From positions 274,571 through 338,570 of the forward strand of contig CAVVYL010000065.1 in NCBI GenBank assembly GCA_963752385.1: a stretch of 64,000 nucleotides of DNA, written 5' to 3'. The stretch is from an uncultured Acidimicrobiia bacterium (GTDB taxonomy: Bacteria > Acidobacteriota > Terriglobia > Versatilivoradales > Versatilivoraceae). Shown piece after piece: positions 10,465-20,479 of the stretch. The position numbers were made by a program, and so were the translations under genes. Below the pieces are notes generated by a model. The model was not told the origin of the DNA, searched no databases, and was given only the letters and a program-made list of their open reading frames with translations. The stretch's first letter is position 1. Each line of letters starts with the position of its first letter.

Positions 10465-11787
10465 TCACCCCACGAGCGCGAGCTTCTTCGCGCTCGCATA
10501 GTTTTGCTTCCGCACGAATTCCTCCAGCTCACTTCGAAACTTCGGGTGCGCAATCTCGATGAGGGCTTCGGCACGCTGCCGGAGATTCTTGCCGTGCAGG
10601 TAAGCGACCCCGTACTCGGTCACGACATAATGCACATCGCCGCGGGAAGTCACGACTCCAGAGCCCGGGTAGAGATTGGGAACGATCCGGGAGATCGTGT
10701 CCTGTTTGGCCGTGGATGGCATGGCGATGATGGGCTTACCGCCCCGGGAACGGGCCGAGCCGCGGATAAAATCAATCTGGCCACCGATGCCGCTGTACAG
10801 GTAATTGCCCATGGAGTCAGCACAGACTTGGCCGGTCAGGTCAATCTGCAGGGCCGAATTGATGGCCACCATTCGAGGGTTCTGGCTGATGACGAAGGGA
10901 TCGTTCACGTACTCGGAGGGATAAAACTCGATTGCCGGGTTATTGTCGATGAAATCAAAGAGGCGCCTTGTGCCAAGGACGAAGGAAGCTACCGTCTTCC
11001 CCCGGTGGAGGGTCTTGCGCTCTCCATTGACGACGCCCGATTCGATGAGTGGAATAATGCGGTCAGAGAACATCTCGGTGTGAACACCGAGATCGCGACG
11101 ATCACCCAGAAACGACCAGACGGAGTCCGGAATGCCACCGATGCCCATCTGCAGAGTTGACCCGTCTTCAATGAGGCCGGCGACGTGCTTTCCGATTTTC
11201 ATTTGCACGGCCGTCACCGGGCTTTGCGGTTGCTCCAGTAACGGGAAATCGCTTTCCACCAGGACGTCAATCTTGCTCGCGTGAACAAAGGCGTCGCCGT
11301 GAACCCTTGGCATGCGCGGGTTGACTTCGGCGATGACCAGCCGGGCGCACTGGGCTGCAGTCTTCGTGCACTCCACGGCAACGCCGAGGCTGCAATAGCC
11401 ATGTGGATCAGGCGGCGACACCTGGATCAGGCAGACGTCGATCGGTAGAACTCCGGAGACGAACAGCGAGGAGATTTCAGAAAGGAAGATCGGGGTAAAG
11501 TCGGCTTTGCCGGAGTTGATCGCGTCACGGACGTTCGAACCGATAAAGAAGGCATTGTGGCGGAAGTGCGCTGCCATCTCAGGAAGCACGTAGTCCGCGT
11601 TGCCCAGCGTGAGCAGATGAACAATTTCGACGCCGTACAACTCTTGCCGGCGCTGGATCAATGCTTTAACCAGGCGCTCCGGCTCGGCACATCCCGAATG
11701 AATGTAAACACGATCCCCCGATTGAACCAGGGACATCGCTTCCTCGGCACTCATCAGTTTGTGGTATGGGGTCTTGGAGATACTCAT
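10465..11787 (-). CDS. acetyl-CoA hydrolase/transferase family protein (4-hydroxybutyrate/acyl-CoA:acetate CoA-transferase-like)
   Basis: 440 aa starting MSISKTPYHKLMSAEEAMSLVQSGDRVYIHSG. The domain order is typical of the family. The gene stops 7 bp upstream of the ferredoxin gene. Confidence 0.75.
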   Translation of the reverse strand: MSISKTPYHKLMSAEEAMSLVQSGDRVYIHSGCAEPERLVKALIQRRQELYGVEIVHLLTLGNADYVLPEMAAHFRHNAFFIGSNVRDAINSGKADFTPIFLSEISSLFVSGVLPIDVCLIQVSPPDPHGYCSLGVAVECTKTAAQCARLVIAEVNPRMPRVHGDAFVHASKIDVLVESDFPLLEQPQSPVTAVQMKIGKHVAGLIEDGSTLQMGIGGIPDSVWSFLGDRRDLGVHTEMFSDRIIPLIESGVVNGERKTLHRGKTVASFVLGTRRLFDFIDNNPAIEFYPSEYVNDPFVISQNPRMVAINSALQIDLTGQVCADSMGNYLYSGIGGQIDFIRGSARSRGGKPIIAMPSTAKQDTISRIVPNLYPGSGVVTSRGDVHYVVTEYGVAYLHGKNLRQRAEALIEIAHPKFRSELEEFVRKQNYASAKKLALVG

Positions 11788-11839
11788 TTTGCTCTCCCGA
11801 GACTTCCCTTGGCAAACAAGGAAAAAGGCAAACCTTTGA

Positions 11840-12301
11840 TTACTTCACAAAGTCGTGTTCCGGATGTTTCACGGTTAGAACCGGGCAGGGCGCAAGCCGC
11901 ACGACCTTTTCGGCTGTGGAGCCAAACACCAGGTGGCTCAGCCCCTTGTTGCCGTGGGTCGCCATCGTGATGACATCCACGTCTAGTTCCTTCGCTGCTT
12001 TGACAATCTCCTGGTAAGCCCGGCCAATAATGAAGATCGGTTCGACATCAATTCCGCGATCTCGAATCTCCGCCACAGACTTTGCCAAGGCCTTTCGCTC
12101 CCGTTGTTCGAGGTCAGCGACGTACTCCGGGACGGAGAAGTGGTATGCTTCGATACCTGCTCCGGCCATCGGATGCTCACAAACATGCACGACATAGAGT
12201 TTTGCTTTGAAGCTTTCCGCCAGTGCCGCCGCATATTTCAAAGCATGCGCGGAATACTCGGAGAAGTCCGTGGGAAACAGAACCTTCTTGATTGCGATCA
12301 T
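11840..12301 (-). CDS. universal stress protein (UspA family)
   Basis: Starts MIAIKKVLFPTDFSEYSAHALKYAAALA. The C-terminal G-x2-G-x9-G(S/T) region is ITMATHGNKGLSHLVFGSTAEKV. Confidence 0.8.
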   Translation of the reverse strand: MIAIKKVLFPTDFSEYSAHALKYAAALAESFKAKLYVVHVCEHPMAGAGIEAYHFSVPEYVADLEQRERKALAKSVAEIRDRGIDVEPIFIIGRAYQEIVKAAKELDVDVITMATHGNKGLSHLVFGSTAEKVVRLAPCPVLTVKHPEHDFVK

Positions 12302-12877
12302 GGCTGCCTCCTTACTTTCCTGCTGTCTAATAACCCGAACCGCTGCAGGGGCTGGCTTGCGATCCCGCAAAGGTTGTGCATGAGCTTTACCAAAGATCAT
12401 TGTTTCGTAACCTCAAGCTGAGTCAGGGGAAGGACACTTTCGAGTTGGACGGGAATGAGAATCCAGCTGCGTGAATTCACCCGTCTTGGGGGAAAGCCGC
12501 CGGAAGGTTATTCCCGCTTCGAGGGGGGATAGCGGACGCACAGCGACGGTGCTCGCGAAGCAGTCGTAAAGGGGATCTCCCGACAATAGGAACCAGCTGT
12601 CCTGAAGGCTCCTCGAGTTCAGAGTCCAGCCTTCAGACTGCCGTTCAGCAAGCTAAAGATTGGATTTTACGCCAACTTCAGGGTGTGGTGTCATGACCTG
12701 ATGAAAATCCAGATCGGTTGGGCCATGGCTTGCTTAATGCAGGTCAACGGCGGCGTTGTCGAGCGGCTCTGAGTCAGCAATGCCCTGAGAAAGGAACCCT
12801 CATGCCGGGCCAGATCCAGTACCTGATCAACCTCAGCAAAAATCTATCAGCTTGTTAGGCCGCGAGACGAGCAAATC

Positions 12878-13736
12878 ATGTCGTCCATCGAAGCTGTTAG
12901 CAAGCGGTACTCCGTGCTGATCTACTTCACCCTCGTGTTCGTCATCTCGTGGGGCGGCGGCTTCCTTATCCTCGGTCCCCGAGGCTTTCCCCTGAGAGCG
13001 GAAGAATTCGAGAGCCTGGGAGGATTGCTGTACGCCGCGATTCTAGCCGGCCCCTGCTTGGCGGGCATTCTAGCTGACGGGCCTCGTCTATGGGAGTCCG
13101 GGCCTCCGGGACGTTCTCACCCGGCTGCGCCGGTGGCGGGCAGGCTGGCGCTGGTACGTCCTCGCGCTGCTACCCGCTCTCGTGATGACCGCGACAGCTC
13201 TGCTGCTATCCCTCGTGTCCTCCGATTTCCGCCCCGCCATAATCGACTCCAACGATAAAGCCAGCATCGTGATGCGTGCCCTCGGCCCGGCCCTCATGTT
13301 TGGGTTCTTCGAGGAGATCGGCTGGACGGGTTTCGCCGTCCCCCACTTGCGCTCGCGTCACTCCATACTCACGACCGGGCTCGCGGTAGGTGTCGTGTGG
13401 GGAGCTTGGCACTTCCCGCTGTTTTGGGAAGGCGACAGTTTCTCCGCGACGCTCCCGCTCGCCATTTTGCTTACACGTCTCTTCTCCTGGCTGCCGCCGC
13501 TCCGAGTGCTCATGGTCTGGATCCACGACCGCACCCAAAGCCTCCCCGTGGTGATGTTCATGCACGCGGTCGTCTCATTCATTTCGCTCATCTTTCCCCC
13601 CGAGGCGCTGACCGGTGCCCGCCTCCTGACAAGCCTTCTCATGTCGGCGGCCACGATCTGGCTCCTCGTCGCAGCGGTCGGCATGGCCAACCGCCGGCGG
13701 CTCTCACGCCAACCGCTCCGGACGAGCCTGGTGTAA
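12878..13736 (+). CDS. CPBP family intramembrane metalloprotease (CAAX protease/Abi), single frameshift near 13071-13076
   Basis: The N-terminal ORF runs 12878-13258. After a frame change, frame 3 reads LTGLVYGSPGLRDVLTRLRRW....FFEEIGWTGF (EExxxR-like motif) and WGAWHFP (the H motif). Confidence 0.65.
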
Positions 13737-13987
13737 GGGGGCGTCAGCCCACCCCTGGCGGGCCAGCGCCGCCCACTGGCCCGGACGTTTTTTGGGCGCT
13801 TGCAACTGCTCGATCTCGCTGGCCGTGGCGAAATGGCTGCGCTCGCTGCTAAGCGGAGGCAGCCAGCAAAGAAACGCGATTCTTCGTTGTCGCTTCCTCT
13901 GCTTGGGTGAATTGACGAGACCGGCGGGGCCCGTTACTCTGGAGTACCGCCTTGACCTCCAATGTCAATGGCCGAGGCTTCATCTTG

Positions 13988-14920
13988 ATGAACCCAGAGA
14001 ATCCGAAACTCCAGAATGCCTACCTCCAACGCTTTGCAATGCGCTTGTCCCTGGGGGTGGGCTTTTTTATGTTGGCGTCCAAGATGGTTGCCTACTGGAT
14101 CACCGGTTCGGCTGCCATCCTTTCCGATGCCGCAGAATCCGTCGTCCACGTCGTTGCCGTCTCCTTTGCTGCTTACAGTCTCTGGCTGAGCCTCAAGCCC
14201 CCGGATCGCACCCACCTTTACGGTCACGACAAAATCAGCTTCTTCTCGGCTGGTTTTGAAGGAGCGATGATCGTCATGGCGGCGCTTTACATCATCTACG
14301 TGTCCGTTCAAAAGTGGATTACTGGGTTAAGACTGGAAAACCTTGGTAGTGGGACAGCTTTGATTTTGCTGGCTTCGCTGATCAACGGCGTTCTAGGGCT
14401 GTACCTGGTGTCGATTGGAAAGAAACACGGATCACTCATTCTGGAAGCGAATGGCCGTCACGTGCTGACTGACTGCTGGACCAGCTTTGGCGTCGTTCTG
14501 GGCTTGAGCTTAGCCATGCTGACCGGATGGCTAGTCTTGGATCCCATAGTGGCCATTCTGGTGGCTCTCAATATCCTCTGGTCTGGGGGGCAGTTGATGC
14601 GACGTTCGATCGGCGGGCTCATGGACGAAGTCGATCCGATCGTCGAGGCTCGGTTGAAAGAGCTGCTCGATGCACTTACCAGCCAGCTGGGACTTCGCTA
14701 CCACGGGCTTCGACACCGCAGTACCGGCAACACGATATGGGTAGAAGTACATCTGTTATTCTCAAAGGGCATCCCGTTGGAGTCGGCCCATGCACTGGCC
14801 ACGCAGATCGAAGAACAGATTGCCCGCGAATTGCCTAAGCACACGGAGGTCATCACCCACCTCGAAACGGCAGAAGACCATGCCAAAGTGCATCACCATC
14901 CTCACTACGAGCAGCTCTAG
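13988..14920 (+). CDS. cation diffusion facilitator family transporter
   Basis: Carries the CDF signature AILSDAAESVVHVVAVSFAAYSLWLSL and HGHD. It has six predicted TM helices and a C-terminal cytoplasmic domain. The start was chosen at MNPENPK. Confidence 0.8.
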   Translation: MNPENPKLQNAYLQRFAMRLSLGVGFFMLASKMVAYWITGSAAILSDAAESVVHVVAVSFAAYSLWLSLKPPDRTHLYGHDKISFFSAGFEGAMIVMAALYIIYVSVQKWITGLRLENLGSGTALILLASLINGVLGLYLVSIGKKHGSLILEANGRHVLTDCWTSFGVVLGLSLAMLTGWLVLDPIVAILVALNILWSGGQLMRRSIGGLMDEVDPIVEARLKELLDALTSQLGLRYHGLRHRSTGNTIWVEVHLLFSKGIPLESAHALATQIEEQIARELPKHTEVITHLETAEDHAKVHHHPHYEQL

Positions 14921-15302
14921 TCTGCCCTAACCGGTCTTTTCATAGATCGAAATGAAGACAATCAGGGCTAACGTCATCTTTTCCGAATGAGCCGTCGCTG
15001 AGCGCTCAAATGGCTTTGCCCGGGATGTCGCACTGCTGCCCCGCCTGCGACATTTAACCCAGTCTCGTTCGGCAACGCGCTCTCTGGTGGCCCTCACCAT
15101 CCTGTTTCCGGGCGGACGCTCCTGCGTCTGAGGGCGGAACCAACCTCCGCCCTCCGAGAAACCTAGACTTTGGCTCGACCCAGCGGTCCTGCAGAGTCCA
15201 AGCCGACCCCCTGCCTTCCTTCTTGGCAATCGATTTGCACTTTCACAATGGGTGAGCCCGTAAGCGTGCGCGACTCGTCAGCAACTCAAGGCAGGAGGAT
15301 CT

Positions 15303-15638
15303 ATGATCGATGCCCTCTTCCCTGCGAATCCATCTGATCATCACCCTGTGGGCGCTTTGCTGGTTTGGATGTCATGGGTGATCCACCGAAGACGCCATTA
15401 GGAAGTGGGCACACCCTATCCAGAGTAAGACGAAGCGCATGGCCCCCTCGTCGACTTCTTTCGTCAGCTTCGCGTGCGACAAAGGCGAATCGGTCCTCCG
15501 ATTGGGAGGTAGCGCTAATGTTCCGAAGAACTTTCCCAGTGATCGACCTGGCTGCTGAAGTGGATTGGTCGAAAGGGACAGCCACACTCAAGGACCCAAC
15601 GCTCGAGGTTGTGCTGCCTAAGGTCGCTGCCGGCGGTT
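15303..15638 (+). pseudogene. possible degraded Hsp20/alpha-crystallin remnant
   Basis: Frame b ends FRRTFPVIDLAAEVDWSKGTATLKDPTLEVVLPK, which matches the Hsp20 C-terminal (F.R.F.LP...A...dGvL.v.lPK) signature. The upstream parts sit in other frames and are shortened. Confidence 0.3.
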
Positions 15639-18305
15639 GATCCACTTCGTGAGCTCAACCACAGCAATGGGGAGGAGGATCGTCAGACCGGCAATGCCTC
15701 CGTCTGCCATGGTCGGTCGGGACAAGTCCAGGACACGAGTCAAGGGAGTCAGAGAAAATGCCAGCAACTGCAACCCGACCATGGCGGCTGCAGCCAGCCA
15801 GATGAAGGGACTGCGAGACAGTCCTTCAAAGGCTGAGCGGGTGCGTGAGCGGCAGTTGAAGAAATGGCCGATCTGAGTGCCAATCAGTGCCAGGAAAGCG
15901 ACCGTCCGCGCATGGGCCCCTTCGCCGTAATAAGAGAGAGCCCAGACATAGGCGGCCAGGACAATCGTGGCCAACAGGATGCCCTGCCACACGATCAGGA
16001 TCATGAACCGGCGTGACAGCAGCGCGGATTGCGGCGAACGCGGCGGGTGCCGCATGATGTTTCGCTCGGCAGGTTCGACAGCCAAAGCCAGTGCTGGAAA
16101 CACATCGGTCACCAGGTTCATCCAGAGGATCTGCAGAGGCAGCAAGGGCAGTGGCAGGCCGGCGGCAATGGCCACAAAGATGGCCAGTACTTCGGCAAGG
16201 TTGTTGGAGAACATCATGTGGACAAACTTGGTGATGTTGGCATAGATCGTGCGCCCGCCCTCGACGGCCTTCAAAATGGTGGAGAAGTTGTCGTCGGCAA
16301 GCACCAGGTCTGAGGCTTCTTTGGCGACTTCGGTTCCGCGTTCTCCCATCGCCACGCCGATGTCAGCCCGCTTGAGGGCCGGGGCGTCGTTGACGCCATC
16401 ACCCGTCACGGCGACGACTTCGCCCGCCTGCTGCAGAGCTTCCACAATCCGCAGCTTGTCTTCCGGTGAGACGCGGGCGAAGACATCGGTGGTGCGTACC
16501 ATCCTGGCGAGTTCCTCCGGGCTGGCGTTGGCGAGATCGCGCGCGTGCAGCGCCTGGAGGGGGGCGTCGCCGTTCAGTCGCAACTCCTGGGCGATGGCGC
16601 GCGCCGTCTGAATCTGATCTCCTGTCAGCATGACCACCCGGATGCCGGCTGCATGGGCCCCCTCAATAGCAGCCGCCACTCCAGGGCGTGGGGGATCGAT
16701 CATTCCGACGAGGCCAACAAACGTAAATCCCGCCTCCAGGCCTGTGCTGCCGCTCACATCGAAATGCGAGTGGTCCAGCCACTTGCCAGCCAGTCCGAGC
16801 ACACGCAATGCCCGGCTCGCCATGGCCTCATTCATACTCAGGAATCGCGCCCGCGAATCGGCATCCAAAGAGTGGTTAGGAATCCCGGTCGAGTAACCTG
16901 TCGAAGCGTCAAGGACCACGCCTGGCGCTCCTTTCATCGCTACAAAGTGGCGACCATCCCCAGCGCGGTGCACCGTAACCATCCGTTTCGTGGCAGCATC
17001 GAAGGGAAGTTCATGAATCTTGGGGCAGGAGGCTCGCTCGCGGTCGATATCCATGCCCAAGTCATGAGCGGCAGAGAGCAGGGCCGTTTCTGTCGGATCC
17101 CCGAGACCCTCAACGCGATTTGCCGAACTCCGGTGCAGCACCGCCTCGTTGCAGAGAACGCTGATTTGCACGGCATGGGCCAACAAGCCGTCGTCATTCA
17201 GAGAGAGTGGTCTGCCATCGAGTTCAATTCGTCGGCCGTCGGAAAGGTGAAATTCGCGGACGCTCATCCGATTTTCGGTGAGTGTTCCGGTCTTGTCGGT
17301 ACAGACGACGGTCGTGCTGCCGAGTGTTTCGACGGTTGGAAGCCGGCGTACGATGGCCCGCTCGCGCGCCATGCGCAAAACACCGAGCGCCAGAATCAGC
17401 GTGGTTACGGCTGGCAATCCCTCGGGGACGGCCGCGACAGCAAGACTGATGGAGACCTCCACCATGATCCAGAAATCATCTCCTCGCAGCCAGCCCGTGA
17501 TCAGCACCGTCACAGCGATGGCCAACACGATGTAGACCAGCCGGTGACCCAGTTCGTTCAGACGGATCTCCAGCGGAGTCGATTCGTCTGGCGCCTCCGC
17601 CACCAGTCGGCCAATGTGTCCCAATTCCGTGCTCGCGCCTGTTGCCGTCACGATGGCAAGGGCACGGCCGGCGGCGATCGTCGTGCCGAGGTAGAGCATC
17701 GAATGGCGTTCAGCGATTGGAGCCTCGGCACTTACGACCTCGGCCGATTTGTTCACTGGCGCGCTCTCGCCAGTCAGAGCCGACTCTTCCGCGCGAAGTG
17801 CTGCGGCCTCAATGATCCTGGCGTCAGCCGGGACGCGGTCTCCGCCGTTCAAAATGACGATGTCGCCGGGTACGAGATCCTCGGCGTCGACACTCAACTC
17901 AACTCCATCGCGCCGGACTCGGGCCGTCGTATGCGCCTGGCGCCGAAGCGCATCCAGCGCCCGGCCAGCCTGCCATTCTGTGCTAAAACCCACCAGCGCA
18001 TTCAGGACGAGAACAATCAGGATCGCCACCGCTTCGACCACATCGCCCGTCAACCAGGCAACTGTAGCCGCAACGCTGAGGAGGGCCACAATCAGGCTGG
18101 CGAACTGATCAGCCAGGATACGCCAGGCCGGGCGCGGGCGGATACTCTGCAGGATGTTCGAGCCATAATTCTTGCGGCGCTCTTCCACAGTGCCGGAATT
18201 CAACCCCTGCGCCGGGTTGACGTTCAATGCACCGGCAACTGCAGTGGCATCCAGGGAGTGAGGCTTTGCGTTTACAAACATGCCCTTGGAGGGGTGGGTC
18301 GGCAA
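15618..18305 (-). CDS. P-type cation-transporting ATPase (P2-type, Ca2+/Mg2+-ATPase-like)
   Basis: 895 aa with the CTDKTGTLT phosphorylation motif (VVCTDKTGTLTENRMSV) and the hinge VAVTGDGVNDAPALKRADIGVAMG. It has TGES-type actuator and ten-TM architecture. An alternative ATG lies at 18281. Confidence 0.85.
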   Translation of the reverse strand: MPTHPSKGMFVNAKPHSLDATAVAGALNVNPAQGLNSGTVEERRKNYGSNILQSIRPRPAWRILADQFASLIVALLSVAATVAWLTGDVVEAVAILIVLVLNALVGFSTEWQAGRALDALRRQAHTTARVRRDGVELSVDAEDLVPGDIVILNGGDRVPADARIIEAAALRAEESALTGESAPVNKSAEVVSAEAPIAERHSMLYLGTTIAAGRALAIVTATGASTELGHIGRLVAEAPDESTPLEIRLNELGHRLVYIVLAIAVTVLITGWLRGDDFWIMVEVSISLAVAAVPEGLPAVTTLILALGVLRMARERAIVRRLPTVETLGSTTVVCTDKTGTLTENRMSVREFHLSDGRRIELDGRPLSLNDDGLLAHAVQISVLCNEAVLHRSSANRVEGLGDPTETALLSAAHDLGMDIDRERASCPKIHELPFDAATKRMVTVHRAGDGRHFVAMKGAPGVVLDASTGYSTGIPNHSLDADSRARFLSMNEAMASRALRVLGLAGKWLDHSHFDVSGSTGLEAGFTFVGLVGMIDPPRPGVAAAIEGAHAAGIRVVMLTGDQIQTARAIAQELRLNGDAPLQALHARDLANASPEELARMVRTTDVFARVSPEDKLRIVEALQQAGEVVAVTGDGVNDAPALKRADIGVAMGERGTEVAKEASDLVLADDNFSTILKAVEGGRTIYANITKFVHMMFSNNLAEVLAIFVAIAAGLPLPLLPLQILWMNLVTDVFPALALAVEPAERNIMRHPPRSPQSALLSRRFMILIVWQGILLATIVLAAYVWALSYYGEGAHARTVAFLALIGTQIGHFFNCRSRTRSAFEGLSRSPFIWLAAAAMVGLQLLAFSLTPLTRVLDLSRPTMADGGIAGLTILLPIAVVELTKWINRRQRP

Positions 18306-18494
18306 CCAGCCACCAGTTGAGTGAGTGTGGAAAGGAAGGCTTATCCGTCGACCCGATTATACATGCAAAATGTTTGGAGCAGATCCCTGATCAGAACTAG
18401 CAAGGCAACTTCCACCAAAAGGCCATGTCAAAAACTTTGGCGGCTTGGAAAGCCAGCTTTTCTTTAGCAGAGCAGCTGCTTGTGATTCCGGTTG

Positions 18495-18510
18495 TGTGAC
18501 CTAAGTCATA
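18495..18510 (+). promoter_or_regulatory. Crp/Fnr-type operator TGTGA-N6-TCATA upstream of radical SAM gene
   Basis: gtTGTGTGACctaaGTCATAgcaaa lies about 95 bp upstream of the ATG at 18607. It is near-identical to the site at 22023-22038. Confidence 0.55.
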
Positions 18511-18606
18511 GCAAACCTACCCCGCTTCGCTTTAGGCTTGATCCATGTGGTTGCAGAGGTTCTGTGGTCCGCCACTCCATTATTGACTTAGTTTGGGAAG
18601 AAGTGA

Positions 18607-19698
18607 ATGCAACGTCCGAATTTTCAGCAGAATCCTTACATAGCAATTTGGGAAACCACACGCGCTTGCGAGTTGGCTTGCCTGCATTGTCGCGCGGAAG
18701 CCATCAAGTGGCGTCACCCGCTGGAACTCACCACCCAGGAAAGCACTCAGCTCATTGACCAGGTCAGCCAGTGCGGCAACCCGTTGTTTGTGCTGACCGG
18801 CGGGGATCCGATGAAGCGCTACGACCTCTTTGAGTTGATCCCTTACGCAGTTCAAAAAGGCCGACGCGTCGCCATGACACCCAGCGGCACACCGCTGATG
18901 ACTCGCCAAGTGGTGACCGAACTCAAGAAGGTGGGGCTGGCTCGTCTAGCGGTGAGCCTCGATGGCTCGAAGGCAGACATTCACGACCATTTCCGGCAGG
19001 TGTCCGGCTCTTATGGCTGGACAATGAACTGTATCGACTACGCGCACGAAGCGAACTTGCCGGTGCAGATCAATACCACGGTGTCCCGGCATAATCTGGG
19101 CGACCTGCAGGCCGTGGCCGATCTGTTGCTCACCAAGAACGTCACGCTGTGGAGCGTCTTCTTTCTAGTGCCAACGGGACGGGGGAAACCCGAAGATGAA
19201 GTGAGCGCCAATGATTACGAGCGCGTGTTTCACTTTCTGGTCGAACTCTGTCTGAAGGCCCCATTTGACATCAAAACCACGGCAGCTCCACACTACCGGC
19301 GCGTGCTGCTGCAGCGGTTGCAACAACTGCCGGCGCACCAGCGTTCGCAGAAGCTGTTGCAGGCTGGACCCATTGGCCGTGCCGCCGGAGTCAACGAAGG
19401 CCGGGGCCTTCTCTTCGTCTCACATACCGGCGACATTTTTCCCAGCGGGTTTCTGCCAATTTCTGCCGGCAATGTGCGCACGAACTCATTAATTGACGTT
19501 TACCGCAATTCGCCTCTCTTCCGAGATCTCCGCGACACATCAAAACTAAAAGGCAAGTGCGGCGACTGCGAGTTTAAGGAAATTTGCAGCGGTTCACGGG
19601 CACGCGCCTATGCCATGACTGGCGACTACCTTGCCGAGGAGCCCTTCTGCAGCTATGTTCCCAGAAAAGTACGGGCACGGCATGTAGTGCCCATATAG
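18607..19698 (+). CDS. radical SAM / SPASM-domain protein of unknown function
   Basis: Radical SAM cluster motif CELACLHC (C-x3-C-x2-C) in IAIWETTRACELACLHCRA. The C-terminal Cys-rich auxiliary-cluster region is KGKCGDCEFKEICSGSRARAY. Confidence 0.8.
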   Translation: MQRPNFQQNPYIAIWETTRACELACLHCRAEAIKWRHPLELTTQESTQLIDQVSQCGNPLFVLTGGDPMKRYDLFELIPYAVQKGRRVAMTPSGTPLMTRQVVTELKKVGLARLAVSLDGSKADIHDHFRQVSGSYGWTMNCIDYAHEANLPVQINTTVSRHNLGDLQAVADLLLTKNVTLWSVFFLVPTGRGKPEDEVSANDYERVFHFLVELCLKAPFDIKTTAAPHYRRVLLQRLQQLPAHQRSQKLLQAGPIGRAAGVNEGRGLLFVSHTGDIFPSGFLPISAGNVRTNSLIDVYRNSPLFRDLRDTSKLKGKCGDCEFKEICSGSRARAYAMTGDYLAEEPFCSYVPRKVRARHVVPI

Positions 19699-19752
19699 TT
19701 GGACCGCGGCGCATGCCGGGTCCAATACCCTTGTTCATAAGGAGATTGAATC

Positions 19753-20479
19753 ATGACCATCCATATCACAAAGACGGTGCGAGAGGTTGCCGTTGAGCTG
19801 CCTGAAGCAACCCGAGTTTTCGAGAAGTTAGGGATTGACTACTGTTGTGGCGGTGGCAAGGCTCTGCAGGAAGCTTGTCTCGCGGCGGGCGTACCCACAG
19901 AAAAAGTCGTCGCTCTTTTGGAAGACGCTGCCCGTCTTGCGTGCAAATTCGATCAAGGCCCGTGACTGGAATTCAGCACCATTGGCTGACTTGGTAGCTT
20001 ACATCGTCACCCGGCACCATGAATTCACGCGAGAAGAACTGGTCCGGTTAAGCGAACTATTGGCGAAAGTCTGCTCGGTGCATGGAGAAAATCATCCAGA
20101 GCTCTGCAGACTCCACACCATCTTTCAGGAGCTGAAAGCCGAACTGATTGGACACATGTCCAAAGAAGAGCAAATCCTCTTTCCTTACATCGAAAATCTG
20201 GAGGCGGCCGTCGCACGCGGGGAGCCGGCGCCGACGCCAGTCTTCGGCACCGTGCGCTATCCTGTCCGGATGATGATACAAGAGCACGATGACGCCGGGC
20301 AGGCTCTCCGCGGCCTCAGGGAGGCGAGCTCGAATTACCAGGTTCCATCAGATGGCTGCGTCAGTTTCCGCACCTTGTATCGGGCATTGGAAGAGTTTGA
20401 GCAGGACCTGCATGAGCATATCCACTTGGAGAACAACATTCTGTTTCCGCGCGCGACTGAGCTGGAGGCGAGTGCCTGA
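19753..20479 (+). CDS. RIC/YtfE-like iron-sulfur cluster repair di-iron protein, copy 1 (ScdA_N domain + hemerythrin domain; frame change near 19955-19965)
   Basis: 19753-19965 encodes ...FEKLGIDYCCGGGKALQEACLAAGVPTEKVVALLEDAARLACKFDQGP*. The +1 frame continues ARDWNSAPLADLVAYIVTRHHEF...EEQILFPYIE...HIHLENNILFP, which are hemerythrin HHE motifs. The junction matches E. coli YtfE ...EKDWRSAPLAEIID. Confidence 0.7.

Noticed and set aside
12302-12877. Riboswitch in the 575-bp divergent intergenic region between usp and the CPBP gene
   Set aside because: No match by eye to common riboswitch cores (TPP, cobalamin, SAM, glycine, c-di-GMP). Only a short palindrome TTGCGatccCGCAA at about 12349-12362. 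It is left as an ordinary divergent promoter region.
16545-18320. 591-aa + strand ORF
   Set aside because: Entirely antisense to the P-type ATPase. Its composition is Arg/Ala/Gly-rich, typical of GC-rich shadow frames.
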